DNA from: Candidatus Coprenecus merdipullorum
GTDB taxonomy: Bacteria > Bacteroidota > Bacteroidia > Bacteroidales > UBA932
Direction: 5' to 3'
Length of the DNA stretch: 64,000 nt
Assembly: GCA_019118865.1 (NCBI GenBank)
Contig: DWYD01000181.1
Location: 431-64,430, forward strand
The notes beneath the pieces were generated by a model, which made no database searches, was not told the DNA's origin, and saw only the letters and a program-made list of their open reading frames with translations. A program made the position numbers and the translations under genes. This document shows positions 28,686 to 36,944 of the stretch, one piece after another (position 1 is the stretch's first letter; each line of letters opens with the position of its first letter).

Positions 28686-29447
28686 ATGGAAAGAAAAATC
28701 GCACTTATCACCGGTGCCACAAGCGGTATCGGTGAGGCCTGCGCGAAAAAGTTCGCAGCAGGCGGCTATGACATCATCATCAACTGCCGCAAGCCCGAGA
28801 AGGGGGAGGCCCTGAAGACCGAGCTGGCCGGATTAGGAGCCGACGCCCTCGTCCTGCCCTTCGACGTCCGCTACCGGGACCAGATCATCGCAGCCCTCGG
28901 TTCCCTTGAAGGCAAATGGAAGAACATCGACGTACTCATCAACAACGCCGGCCTCGTCTTCGGCGTGGACAAGGAGCATGAGGGCAACCTTGACGAATGG
29001 GACATCATGCTCGACACCAACATCCGCGGCCTGCTCTCGATGACCCGCCTCGTAGTGCCCGGCATGGTCGAGCGCGGACGCGGCCACATCATCAACCTCG
29101 GATCCATCGCCGGTGACGCAGCCTATCCCGGAGGCAGTGTGTACTGCGCAACCAAGGCCGCAGTGAAGGCCCTCTCCGATGGCCTCCGCATCGACCTCGT
29201 TGACACCCCGCTGAGAGTCACCAACATCAAGCCCGGCCTCGTAGAGACCAACTTCTCCGTCGTGCGCTTCCGTGGTGACAAGGCCAAGGCCGACAGCGTC
29301 TACAAGGGCATCCGCCCCCTGACCGGAGCCGACATCGCCGAAGTGGCATGGTTCGCCGCCAGTGCCCCCGAGTACATGCAGATCGCCGAGGTACTCGTCA
29401 TGCCCACCAACCAAGCCACCGGCACCATCACCTACAAGAAAGCCTGA
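28686..29447 (+). CDS. SDR-family NAD(P)-dependent oxidoreductase (YdfG-like)
   Basis: TGATSGIGEA, NNAG, and the catalytic S...YCATKAAV (YxxxK). Confidence 0.92.
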   Translation: MERKIALITGATSGIGEACAKKFAAGGYDIIINCRKPEKGEALKTELAGLGADALVLPFDVRYRDQIIAALGSLEGKWKNIDVLINNAGLVFGVDKEHEGNLDEWDIMLDTNIRGLLSMTRLVVPGMVERGRGHIINLGSIAGDAAYPGGSVYCATKAAVKALSDGLRIDLVDTPLRVTNIKPGLVETNFSVVRFRGDKAKADSVYKGIRPLTGADIAEVAWFAASAPEYMQIAEVLVMPTNQATGTITYKKA

Positions 29448-29505
29448 CAAGCCGGCACGCCGTAAAAGCGCAACAAGCTAATTATCAGGCCACTACACCT
29501 TATAT

Positions 29506-29544
29506 AGGTGCCACGTCGGCTTTCCAAAACTGAACGTGGCACCT
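29506..29544. other. Perfect 11-bp inverted repeat (AGGTGCCACGT-N17-ACGTGGCACCT)
   Basis: Seen directly. It lies between the SDR stop (29447) and the next propeller gene (29601), with no T-run after the stem. Confidence 0.6.
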
Positions 29545-29600
29545 TGCAAAATCAAAAGCAGCTTATTTACAAATAGTTACAAATCCTAACCTTGCCCGAT

Positions 29601-30794
29601 ATGATAAAGTCTAAAATATCCTTTATCTGCACAGCCGCCATACTTCTTATTATCACCTCATGCAGCGGCAGGCAGGGCGCAGACGCCGGCCTTATCTCGA
29701 TAAATTACAAAGAACTGACCGACAAGGGCACAGTCAACCTCTCCGACCTGTTCGAAGAGCCCGAGTTCATCGCCCTCGACAGCCGCAGCCCCGAAGCATA
29801 CGCCACGGGGGGAATAAATATCTCCGAGCAGCATATAGGCATCTCCAGCGGATATTACCAGGGCAATCCATACAAACTCTATGACCGGGCCACCGGAAAA
29901 TATCTCGGGACAGTCGGCAATGTCGGACGCGGTCCGGGCGAATACCTGTACCTGCTCGGCTCGTTCATTGATGAGAAAAACAACCGGATATGGCTCCATG
30001 ACAGACCTGACGTGCTCCACGTATATGACCTCGGCACAAGGCAATTTGTCGAGGACGTACCTCTGGCCTATAATTTAGGAGACTACAACTATTCAAAATC
30101 TGCCTTCACCATTGACCCTGAAGCCGGCCTCATCACCTGCGCGAGGGTTCCCTACCCGGAAGACAGCGACACCACCGCCGCCTGGCAGCAGGACTTCAAG
30201 GGCAATGTGATCTGGAGCGTCTCCGAACGTGGAATGAGCATGGCATCTACCAACATAGAAGCCATAAGCCAATGGGGCATATTAAGCAACAGGAACATTC
30301 CCGGGAGCCTCGATATCTCGTTCAATACTTTCAATGCCGCAGAGGACACACTGTTCATAGCTGAGAACGGAGCCTTAAGACCCGTATTCACAATGGATCT
30401 CGGCAAAAAAGCCGGAACATCTACAGACGTTCAGATGATAGCCATCAGCCTTGCCCTACAGGATAAAATCCTGACAGACATCCAGGCTCCCCAGCCCATG
30501 AAAAACGGGGTCGTAACATTCGGATCATCGGCAACAGTCATAACTGACAGACGAAGCGGCGAAGCCTACAGATGCACCATAGTCAACGACTACCTCGGGA
30601 CTGGCAAGTGCAGCCCGCAGCCCTCCGGCGGATATCTGATTCAGAGCTACGACCCCGCACTCTTCCGTGAGACAGCCTCCACTGCCCTCGAGGAAGGCAG
30701 ACTCTCCGACTCAGCCAAAGACAGGATACGCACCATCCTCTCCGGCCTCTCCGATGAGGACAACAACATCATAGCCATCTACAAACTCCGATAA
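29601..30794 (+). CDS. 6-bladed beta-propeller family lipoprotein, paralog 2 (most divergent)
   Basis: Lipobox ITSCSG and YKLYDRATGKYLGTVGNVGRGPGEY. ATG at 29601. Confidence 0.7.
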   Translation: MIKSKISFICTAAILLIITSCSGRQGADAGLISINYKELTDKGTVNLSDLFEEPEFIALDSRSPEAYATGGINISEQHIGISSGYYQGNPYKLYDRATGKYLGTVGNVGRGPGEYLYLLGSFIDEKNNRIWLHDRPDVLHVYDLGTRQFVEDVPLAYNLGDYNYSKSAFTIDPEAGLITCARVPYPEDSDTTAAWQQDFKGNVIWSVSERGMSMASTNIEAISQWGILSNRNIPGSLDISFNTFNAAEDTLFIAENGALRPVFTMDLGKKAGTSTDVQMIAISLALQDKILTDIQAPQPMKNGVVTFGSSATVITDRRSGEAYRCTIVNDYLGTGKCSPQPSGGYLIQSYDPALFRETASTALEEGRLSDSAKDRIRTILSGLSDEDNNIIAIYKLR

Positions 30795-30811
30795 ACCCAA
30801 CTTCCCTCACC

Positions 30812-32023
30812 ATGAAACACCTGACCATCTCTTTCTTCAGTATAGCCGTATCAGCCGCCCTTCCGTTGCTGTCCTCATGCGGACAGCAGCAGGCATGGGA
30901 CGGAGGCCTCATCTCAGTACAATACGACAGACTGCCGCAAGGGGAGGACATCCTCCTCTCCGACTGGGTAGGCGAGCCTGAGTTCATCGCCCTGGACAGC
31001 AGCAATCCTGAAGCACTTATCGACGGCGGAGAGATTATCGTATCGGACCGCCACATCGGAATCTACTCGCCCAGGGAAACACTCTTCAAGCTCTTCGACA
31101 GAGCCACCGGCAAGTTCCTGCGCAATATCGGAAACATCGGACGCGGTCCGGGAGAGTACACCGGAATATCCTTCGCACAGATAGACGAGACCGGCGGGAA
31201 AGTATGGATCAGCACCCTGTACACCAACAACATCTACTCCTACGACATCAGCACCGGACGCCTCTGCGAAGACCTTCCCCTGGCATACGAAGGCAACGGC
31301 AATCCCAACCAGGGCTACAACTTCGTGGTCGACAGCAAAGCCCGCACCGTCACCATAGCCGGAATACCCTACGACAACAGCTGTCCTGCAGCCTGGTGTC
31401 AGGACATGCAGGGCAATGTCATCTGGGAGATTCCGAAAACAGGCTCCGCACCGGTAAATGCGATGCTCCGTCTCCACACCTCTCTCAACGTGGACGGAGC
31501 CTTAGACATCTGCCAGTGGTCGATGAACACCCAGCAGGACACCCTTTTCATCATACAGGACAGGGAACTCCGCCCGCTGCTGACGATGAAATTGGGAGAA
31601 ACCACCGAACCCAACGCACTGTCATTTGACGATGGCGACTACATGCACGATCCCTTTATCCTTCCGGACTATGCCGTGGTGAATATCAGTAAGACGAAGA
31701 TGGTCCTGAGCAGAAACACCGGCTCAGGCGTAAGCATAAGTATGGAGACGGACATCCAGCCGGCCATAATTCTGGACCGCAGGACCGGAGAAGTCTCACG
31801 CCGCACCATTATAAACGACATCCTTACCAATGACATTACCAGTCCTACTTTCAAAAACGGATATCTCGTATCCAACTACAGCGCAGAATATTTCATGGAA
31901 GCAGGGCCCGGATTCCTTGAAAACGGCAACCTCAGCAGCTCCGCCCGCAAGCGTATCTCCGACATCCTGAAAAACATAAGCGAGGACGACAACAACGTTA
32001 TCATCCTCGCTCCGCTCAGATAG
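30812..32023 (+). CDS. 6-bladed beta-propeller family lipoprotein, paralog 3
   Basis: Lipobox LLSSCG and FKLFDRATGKFLRNIGNIGRGPGEYTG. It is very similar to paralog 1 and starts 17 nt after paralog 2. Confidence 0.7.
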   Translation: MKHLTISFFSIAVSAALPLLSSCGQQQAWDGGLISVQYDRLPQGEDILLSDWVGEPEFIALDSSNPEALIDGGEIIVSDRHIGIYSPRETLFKLFDRATGKFLRNIGNIGRGPGEYTGISFAQIDETGGKVWISTLYTNNIYSYDISTGRLCEDLPLAYEGNGNPNQGYNFVVDSKARTVTIAGIPYDNSCPAAWCQDMQGNVIWEIPKTGSAPVNAMLRLHTSLNVDGALDICQWSMNTQQDTLFIIQDRELRPLLTMKLGETTEPNALSFDDGDYMHDPFILPDYAVVNISKTKMVLSRNTGSGVSISMETDIQPAIILDRRTGEVSRRTIINDILTNDITSPTFKNGYLVSNYSAEYFMEAGPGFLENGNLSSSARKRISDILKNISEDDNNVIILAPLR

Positions 32024-32037
32024 TTCCCCGAATTCTA

Positions 32038-32676
32038 TTAGAAATAATATCTGAATCCGATAGTGGCTCCCAGATTCAAACCTAAGTTAAAACTGCTGCG
32101 GTTTGTCTTGTTGTCTTTATCCAAGGCACTTACCTGCTGATTGAATGTATAGGTAAGATCTCCGGCCTGGAACGAGATACCAAAATAATCCACCGGTCTT
32201 AACTCAAACGACAGTAACTTAAACGTGATATAAAACCGTGTTATACTGTACATCTTTTGTTTAAAACTGTCGGTCTTGTAACTCTGGCCGCCGAATCCTA
32301 ATCCAAGATCAACTCCCGGTGTATAGAAAAACTTGCCGTCAAGCAAATTTACATAATAGCTGACACCAGGCTGAATAAAGAACATATTGGTATTTGTCCT
32401 TTCTGTAGGGTCAGAGAAAGAAGGTGATTTGGTATAATTGTAATACAGACCAAGATGCAGTTCCAGATTATCCATTATGAAATATCCGAACTGAGGAGAG
32501 AGACCGAGTGAGATACCTTCAGGATGCTTTGTGGAAGTATTGCCGGTAATGTCGGTGCTGGTACCGCCTGACAGACTTAAACTTCCGGAGATATACATAT
32601 CTCCACGATTCTGGGCCGACAGAGTTGTCGAACCGATGATGCACATAAGTGCACATACGATAGCAATTCTTTTCAT
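32038..32676 (-). CDS. Small outer-membrane beta-barrel protein
   Basis: Signal peptide MKRIAIVCALMCIIGSTTLSAQ, alternating beta-strand pattern, and C-terminal GATIGFRYYF. I chose the ATG at 32676. Confidence 0.65.
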   Translation of the reverse strand: MKRIAIVCALMCIIGSTTLSAQNRGDMYISGSLSLSGGTSTDITGNTSTKHPEGISLGLSPQFGYFIMDNLELHLGLYYNYTKSPSFSDPTERTNTNMFFIQPGVSYYVNLLDGKFFYTPGVDLGLGFGGQSYKTDSFKQKMYSITRFYITFKLLSFELRPVDYFGISFQAGDLTYTFNQQVSALDKDNKTNRSSFNLGLNLGATIGFRYYF

Positions 32677-32686
32677 ACTTGAGTTA

Positions 32687-33145
32687 TTAATTGGTTGATA
32701 AAAGTTTTTTGACGATGACGGAGACAATACGCCCGTCAGCCTGACCGGCGAGCTTCTTAGTGGCCACGCCCATCACCTTGCCCATGTCAGCCATGGATGA
32801 GGCACCCGTCTCGGCAATAATGGCCCTGACGGCCTCCTCGACCTGAGCCTCGGAGAGGGCGGCCGGAAGATATTTCTCCATTGCGGAGGCCTCTGCCAGC
32901 TCGTTGTCCGCCAGGTCCTGACGGTTCTGCTGGGAGTAGATCTCCGCGCTTTCCTTGCGCTGCTTTACCAACTTCTGCACTATCTTGACCACCTCGGAGT
33001 CCTCGAGGCTATCCTTGGCACCCCCCTCGGAGGTCTTGGCGAGGAGGATTGCGGCCTTCACCGCACGGGTGGCCGCGAGAGCCACCTTGTCCTTGGCGAC
33101 CATTGCCGCCTTGATGTCGGACTGTATCTGCTGTTCAAGTGACAT
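32687..33145 (-). CDS. GatB/YqeY domain-containing protein
   Basis: MSLEQQIQSDIKAAMVAKDKVALAATRAVKAAIL... is a typical YqeY sequence. Confidence 0.88.
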   Translation of the reverse strand: MSLEQQIQSDIKAAMVAKDKVALAATRAVKAAILLAKTSEGGAKDSLEDSEVVKIVQKLVKQRKESAEIYSQQNRQDLADNELAEASAMEKYLPAALSEAQVEEAVRAIIAETGASSMADMGKVMGVATKKLAGQADGRIVSVIVKKLLSTN

Positions 33146-33160
33146 ATTGTTCTTTTTTAA

Positions 33161-34933
33161 TTATTTTTCCTCCTTATAGGTGCTCTGCAGGAAGAGCTCG
33201 TCCATCTGCACCTGGTCGATGCGGGAAGGAGCGTCGAGCATCATGTCGCGGCCCTGATTGTTCTTGGGGAATGCGATGAAGTCGCGGATGCTCTCCTGTC
33301 CGCCGAAGAGGGCGCAGAAGCGGTCGAAGCCGAACGCAATGCCTCCGTGAGGGGGAGCGCCGTACTTGAAGGCGTTGATCAGGAAGCCGAAGCGGTAGTC
33401 GGCGTCCTCATGGCTGAAGCCCAGGACCTCGAACATACGCTCCTGTATCTTAGAGTCGTGGATACGGATGGAGCCGCCGCCCACCTCCGTGCCGTTGAGC
33501 ACGAAGTCGTAGGCATTGGCGCACACGCGCTCCAGGTCTTCCTTCCTGCCGCTGTAGAACCAGTCCAGATGCTCGGGCTTGGGAGCGGTGAAGGGATGAT
33601 GCATGGCGTAGAAGCGGGAAGTCTCGTCATCCCACTCCAGCAGGGGGAAGTCCACTACCCACAGGGGGGCGAATACCTTCGGGTCGCGCAGGCCGAGACG
33701 GTTACCCATCTCGATACGCAGGGAACCGAGGGCAGTGCGCATCTTGTTCCTGGCACCGGCGAGAATCAGGATCAGGTCGCCCTTCTGAGCCTCGACGGCT
33801 GCGGCCATGGCGGCCAGGTCATCGGAAGTGAGGAACTTGTCGGCCGAAGACTTGTAGGAACCGTCCTCATTGCACTTAATGAAAACTAAGCCCTTGGCAC
33901 CTATCTGGGGACGCTTTACCCACTCGGTCAGCTCGTCGGTCTGCTTACGGGAGTAGCCTGCACATCCGGGCACTGCGATACCGCCTACATACTCGGCGGA
34001 GTCGAAGACAGGAAAGTTATGGCCTTTGGCCAGGGTTGTAATCTCGTGCAGCTTCATGCCGAAGCGGATATCGGGCTTGTCCGAGCCGTATGAGTCCATG
34101 GCCTCGGAGTAGGGCATCTTATAGAACGGCTCGGTGAAGTCTTTGCCCAGCACGTTGTGAAAGAGGGTCTTGATCATACCTTCGAACATCTCCAGCACGT
34201 CGTCACGCTCCACGAAGGACATCTCGCAGTCTATCTGGGTGAACTCCGGCTGACGGTCGGCCCTTAAGTCCTCATCCCTGAAGCAGCGCACAATCTGGAA
34301 GTAACGGTCATATCCGGCCACCATGAGGAGCTGCTTCTGCTGCTGGGGGCTCTGGGGCAGGGCGTAGAACTGCCCCGGATTCATGCGCGAAGGCACCACG
34401 AAGTCGCGGGCACCCTCGGGAGTGGACTTGATCAGATAAGGGGTCTCTATCTCCATGAAGCCCTTGCCGTCGAGATAGTTGCGCACTTCATGCGCCATCC
34501 GGTGACGCAGCATCAGGTTCTTTTTCAGCGGATTGCGGCGCAGGTCGAGATAGCGGTACTTCATGCGGAGGTCATCGCCGCCGTCGGACTCGTCCTCGAT
34601 GGTAAACGGAGGGGTAGCAGCCACATTGAGCACGTTGAGGGACTCGAGACGCACCTCAATGTCACCTGTATCGATTCTGGAGTTCCTGCTCTGGCGCTCC
34701 AGGACTGTTCCCGTAACCTGTATAACATATTCGCGGCCCAGCTTCTCCACCTGCTCATTGAGCTCCTTGGAAGCCGACTCGTCGATGATAATCTGTGTAA
34801 TACCGTAACGGTCCCTCAGGTCGATGAAACTCATACCGCCCATCTTCCTTACTCTCTGGACCCATCCGGCCAGAGTGACCTTCTGTCCGGCATTCTCAAG
34901 GCGAAGCTCGCCGCATGTGTGTGTCCTGTACAT
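33161..34933 (-). CDS. aspS: Aspartate--tRNA ligase
   Basis: [20 protein letters not shown], the class II motifs [16 protein letters not shown] and GGGSIRIH, and GIAFGFDR. Confidence 0.97.
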   Translation of the reverse strand: MYRTHTCGELRLENAGQKVTLAGWVQRVRKMGGMSFIDLRDRYGITQIIIDESASKELNEQVEKLGREYVIQVTGTVLERQSRNSRIDTGDIEVRLESLNVLNVAATPPFTIEDESDGGDDLRMKYRYLDLRRNPLKKNLMLRHRMAHEVRNYLDGKGFMEIETPYLIKSTPEGARDFVVPSRMNPGQFYALPQSPQQQKQLLMVAGYDRYFQIVRCFRDEDLRADRQPEFTQIDCEMSFVERDDVLEMFEGMIKTLFHNVLGKDFTEPFYKMPYSEAMDSYGSDKPDIRFGMKLHEITTLAKGHNFPVFDSAEYVGGIAVPGCAGYSRKQTDELTEWVKRPQIGAKGLVFIKCNEDGSYKSSADKFLTSDDLAAMAAAVEAQKGDLILILAGARNKMRTALGSLRIEMGNRLGLRDPKVFAPLWVVDFPLLEWDDETSRFYAMHHPFTAPKPEHLDWFYSGRKEDLERVCANAYDFVLNGTEVGGGSIRIHDSKIQERMFEVLGFSHEDADYRFGFLINAFKYGAPPHGGIAFGFDRFCALFGGQESIRDFIAFPKNNQGRDMMLDAPSRIDQVQMDELFLQSTYKEEK

Positions 34934-34951
34934 ATATTCAGTATTTTCTTT

Positions 34952-34959
34952 TTCAAGTA
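34952..34959 (-). promoter_or_regulatory. Putative -7 promoter box (TAACTTTG on the minus strand)
   Basis: 19 nt upstream of the aspS ATG at 34933. Confidence 0.4.
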
Positions 34960-34969
34960 TGCAAAGTTA

Positions 34970-34977
34970 GAAAAAAG
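34970..34977 (+). promoter_or_regulatory. Putative -7 promoter box (TACATTTG)
   Basis: 31 nt upstream of the ATG at 35008. Confidence 0.4.
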
Positions 34978-35007
34978 TATACATTTGTGGCCGATTTGTT
35001 GAGGAAT

Positions 35008-35735
35008 ATGGAAAAATTCAGCTGGAATGGCCACGGCGCGATGCTGGCGGCCAACTGCATCTGGGGGCTGATGGCCCCGGTGGCAAAAATTGTCATGGGG
35101 GAAGCATCATCACACCGCTGGTGCTCACGGACCTGCGGGTATTCGGGGCAATGGTGCTCTTCTGGGCCGCCTCACTCTTCCGGAAGCCGGAGAAGGTCGA
35201 GCCGAAGGACATGGTCAGACTTTTCGTGGCCTCTCTCCTGGCAATAGTGTTCAATCAGGGTCTCTACGTCTTCGGAGTCAGCCTCACCTCCCCTGCGGAC
35301 GCCTCCATCATAGCCACCAGCATGCCGCTGTGGGCAATGATCCTGGCGGCATTCTTCCTCAAGGAGCCCATCACCGGCAAGAAGGTCGGCGGCATCGCCT
35401 TCGGAGCCGGCGGCGCCCTGCTGCTCATCCTCGGCGGCAGTCATGCAGCGGCGGCAGCGGCCGGAAGTACGACAAATATCGGCGGAGACCTGCTGATCCT
35501 TTTCGCCCAGCTCAGCTACGCCTCCTACATCGTCCTCTACAAGAACTTTGTAAGCAAATACTCCATCTTCACCATCATGAAGTGGATGTTCACCTACGCC
35601 TTCATCTGCCTGCTGCCCTTCTCCTACCACGACCTGATCGCCACCGACTGGGCCGGCCTGCTCATCTTCACAGGCGTCTGGCTCGTCACCGCCAGCAAGA
35701 GCCGCGCGCAGATGGAGAGGGAGAAAGCCTCCTAA
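35008..35735 (+). pseudogene. EamA/DMT-family transporter, frameshifted at a G5 run and apparently shortened
   Basis: MEKFSWNGHGAMLAANCIWGLMAPVAKIVMG is in frame 1. It continues as (G)SIITPLVLTDLRVFGAMVLFW... in frame 0 after GGGGG at 35097-35101. The span is 728 nt, not a multiple of 3. About 240 aa are encoded, versus my expectation of about 300. Confidence 0.7.
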
Positions 35736-35788
35736 GCCCGTTATTCAATTTGCATAATTCAAAATGAATAATTTTGAAATGAAACAAC

Positions 35789-35836
35789 ACAAAAAAGTGG
35801 AGCAAAACGGGATTACAGGTCTCTTTAGCTCCACTT
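35789..35836 (-). terminator. Putative terminator for the mrp-like gene
   Basis: Stem AAGTGGAGC / GCTCCACTT (35795-35803 / 35828-35836) with a T-run on the minus strand. The 24-nt loop is long, so confidence is modest. Confidence 0.4.
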
Positions 35837-35856
35837 AATGTTTCAGTATCTGACAG

Positions 35857-36927
35857 CTACAGCTTATCTGCGATAGCAGCAAAGGCAGCGGCATCCGGAC
35901 CGCCGGAGAATGCGGCGGGCCTGCCGGCGTCTCCGCCCTCCTCAACTGACATGTAGATGGGAATGCTGCCCAGAAGAGGTATATCGAGCTCCTCCGCCAT
36001 CTTCCTGCCGCCGTCCTTGCCGAAGATGTAGTACTTCTCTTCGGGATGCTCAGCGGGGGTGAACCAGGCCATGTTCTCGACCAGTCCGAGTATCGGCACG
36101 TTCACGTCCTTGTGGCGGAACATGTTGATGCTCTTTATCACGTCGGCGATGGCCACCTGCTGGGGAGTGGTGACGATGACTGCTCCGGTCAGGGGGATGT
36201 CGTGCACCATCGAGATGTGGATGTCGCCAGTTCCGGGAGGCAGGTCGATGAGCAGGTAGTCGAGCTCGCCCCAGTCCACCTGCATGACGATCTGCTTCAT
36301 GGCGTTGCTGGCCATGGGGCCGCGCCATATCAGGGCCTGTTCGGGAGCCACGAGGTGACCTATGGAGAGCAGCTTGATGCCCCACTTCTCGAGGGGAACT
36401 ATCAGGTCCTTATCCTCATCCATGTAGGGTACCTGCCCCTCTGTGCCGGTCATCTTGGGGATGGAGGGTCCGTAGACATCGGCGTCCACCAGGCCTACGC
36501 GGTATCCCTTCAGGGACAGGGCCACGGCCAGATTGACCGAGACGGTGGACTTGCCCACGCCGCCCTTGCCGGAGGCCACGGCGATAATCTTGCCGATGCC
36601 CTGGAGCTGGGTGTCGTCCAGGTCATTGACCGTCTTCTTTGTAGGCTTGCGCTCCCGCACCAGCTCTATGATGGATATCTTGGCATGAGGGAACTCCGCG
36701 GCCATAGCCTGCTCGCATTCCTTCTTGATAGAGGACAGGAGGGGGTCCGGAGAAGGCACGACCAGCTTGAAACGGACCAGCACGGCCTTCTCTCCGGCCT
36801 GTGAATCCGTGGGTTCGACGGCAGCCCCGTTCCCGTCGAAGAGCTTGATGTCCTCGACGAGACCCAGGGAGACGATGTCCTTGTCAGCCGCCGGATGAAT
36901 GATCTTTGAAAGGGTTTCTAAAATCAT
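35857..36927 (-). CDS. Mrp/NBP35-family Fe-S cluster carrier ATPase (ApbC-like)
   Basis: IIAVASGKGGVGKSTVSVNLA, LIDLPPGTGD, and an N-terminal DUF59-like segment. Confidence 0.92.
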   Translation of the reverse strand: MILETLSKIIHPAADKDIVSLGLVEDIKLFDGNGAAVEPTDSQAGEKAVLVRFKLVVPSPDPLLSSIKKECEQAMAAEFPHAKISIIELVRERKPTKKTVNDLDDTQLQGIGKIIAVASGKGGVGKSTVSVNLAVALSLKGYRVGLVDADVYGPSIPKMTGTEGQVPYMDEDKDLIVPLEKWGIKLLSIGHLVAPEQALIWRGPMASNAMKQIVMQVDWGELDYLLIDLPPGTGDIHISMVHDIPLTGAVIVTTPQQVAIADVIKSINMFRHKDVNVPILGLVENMAWFTPAEHPEEKYYIFGKDGGRKMAEELDIPLLGSIPIYMSVEEGGDAGRPAAFSGGPDAAAFAAIADKL

Positions 36928-36944
36928 TTCCGTGTAAGAGTTAG

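Noticed and set aside
29534-29555. Possible sigma-54 promoter TGGCACCTTGCA
   Set aside because: The consensus needs TGGCAC-N5-TTGC, with the GG and GC elements 12 nt apart. Here only one base separates the two elements, so it cannot be a functional -24/-12 promoter.
35090-35767. 225-aa Arg/His/Pro-rich ORF in a third frame over the EamA locus
   Set aside because: The composition is typical of an off-frame reading of a membrane-protein gene, with no motifs. The other two frames together reconstitute an EamA-type sequence.
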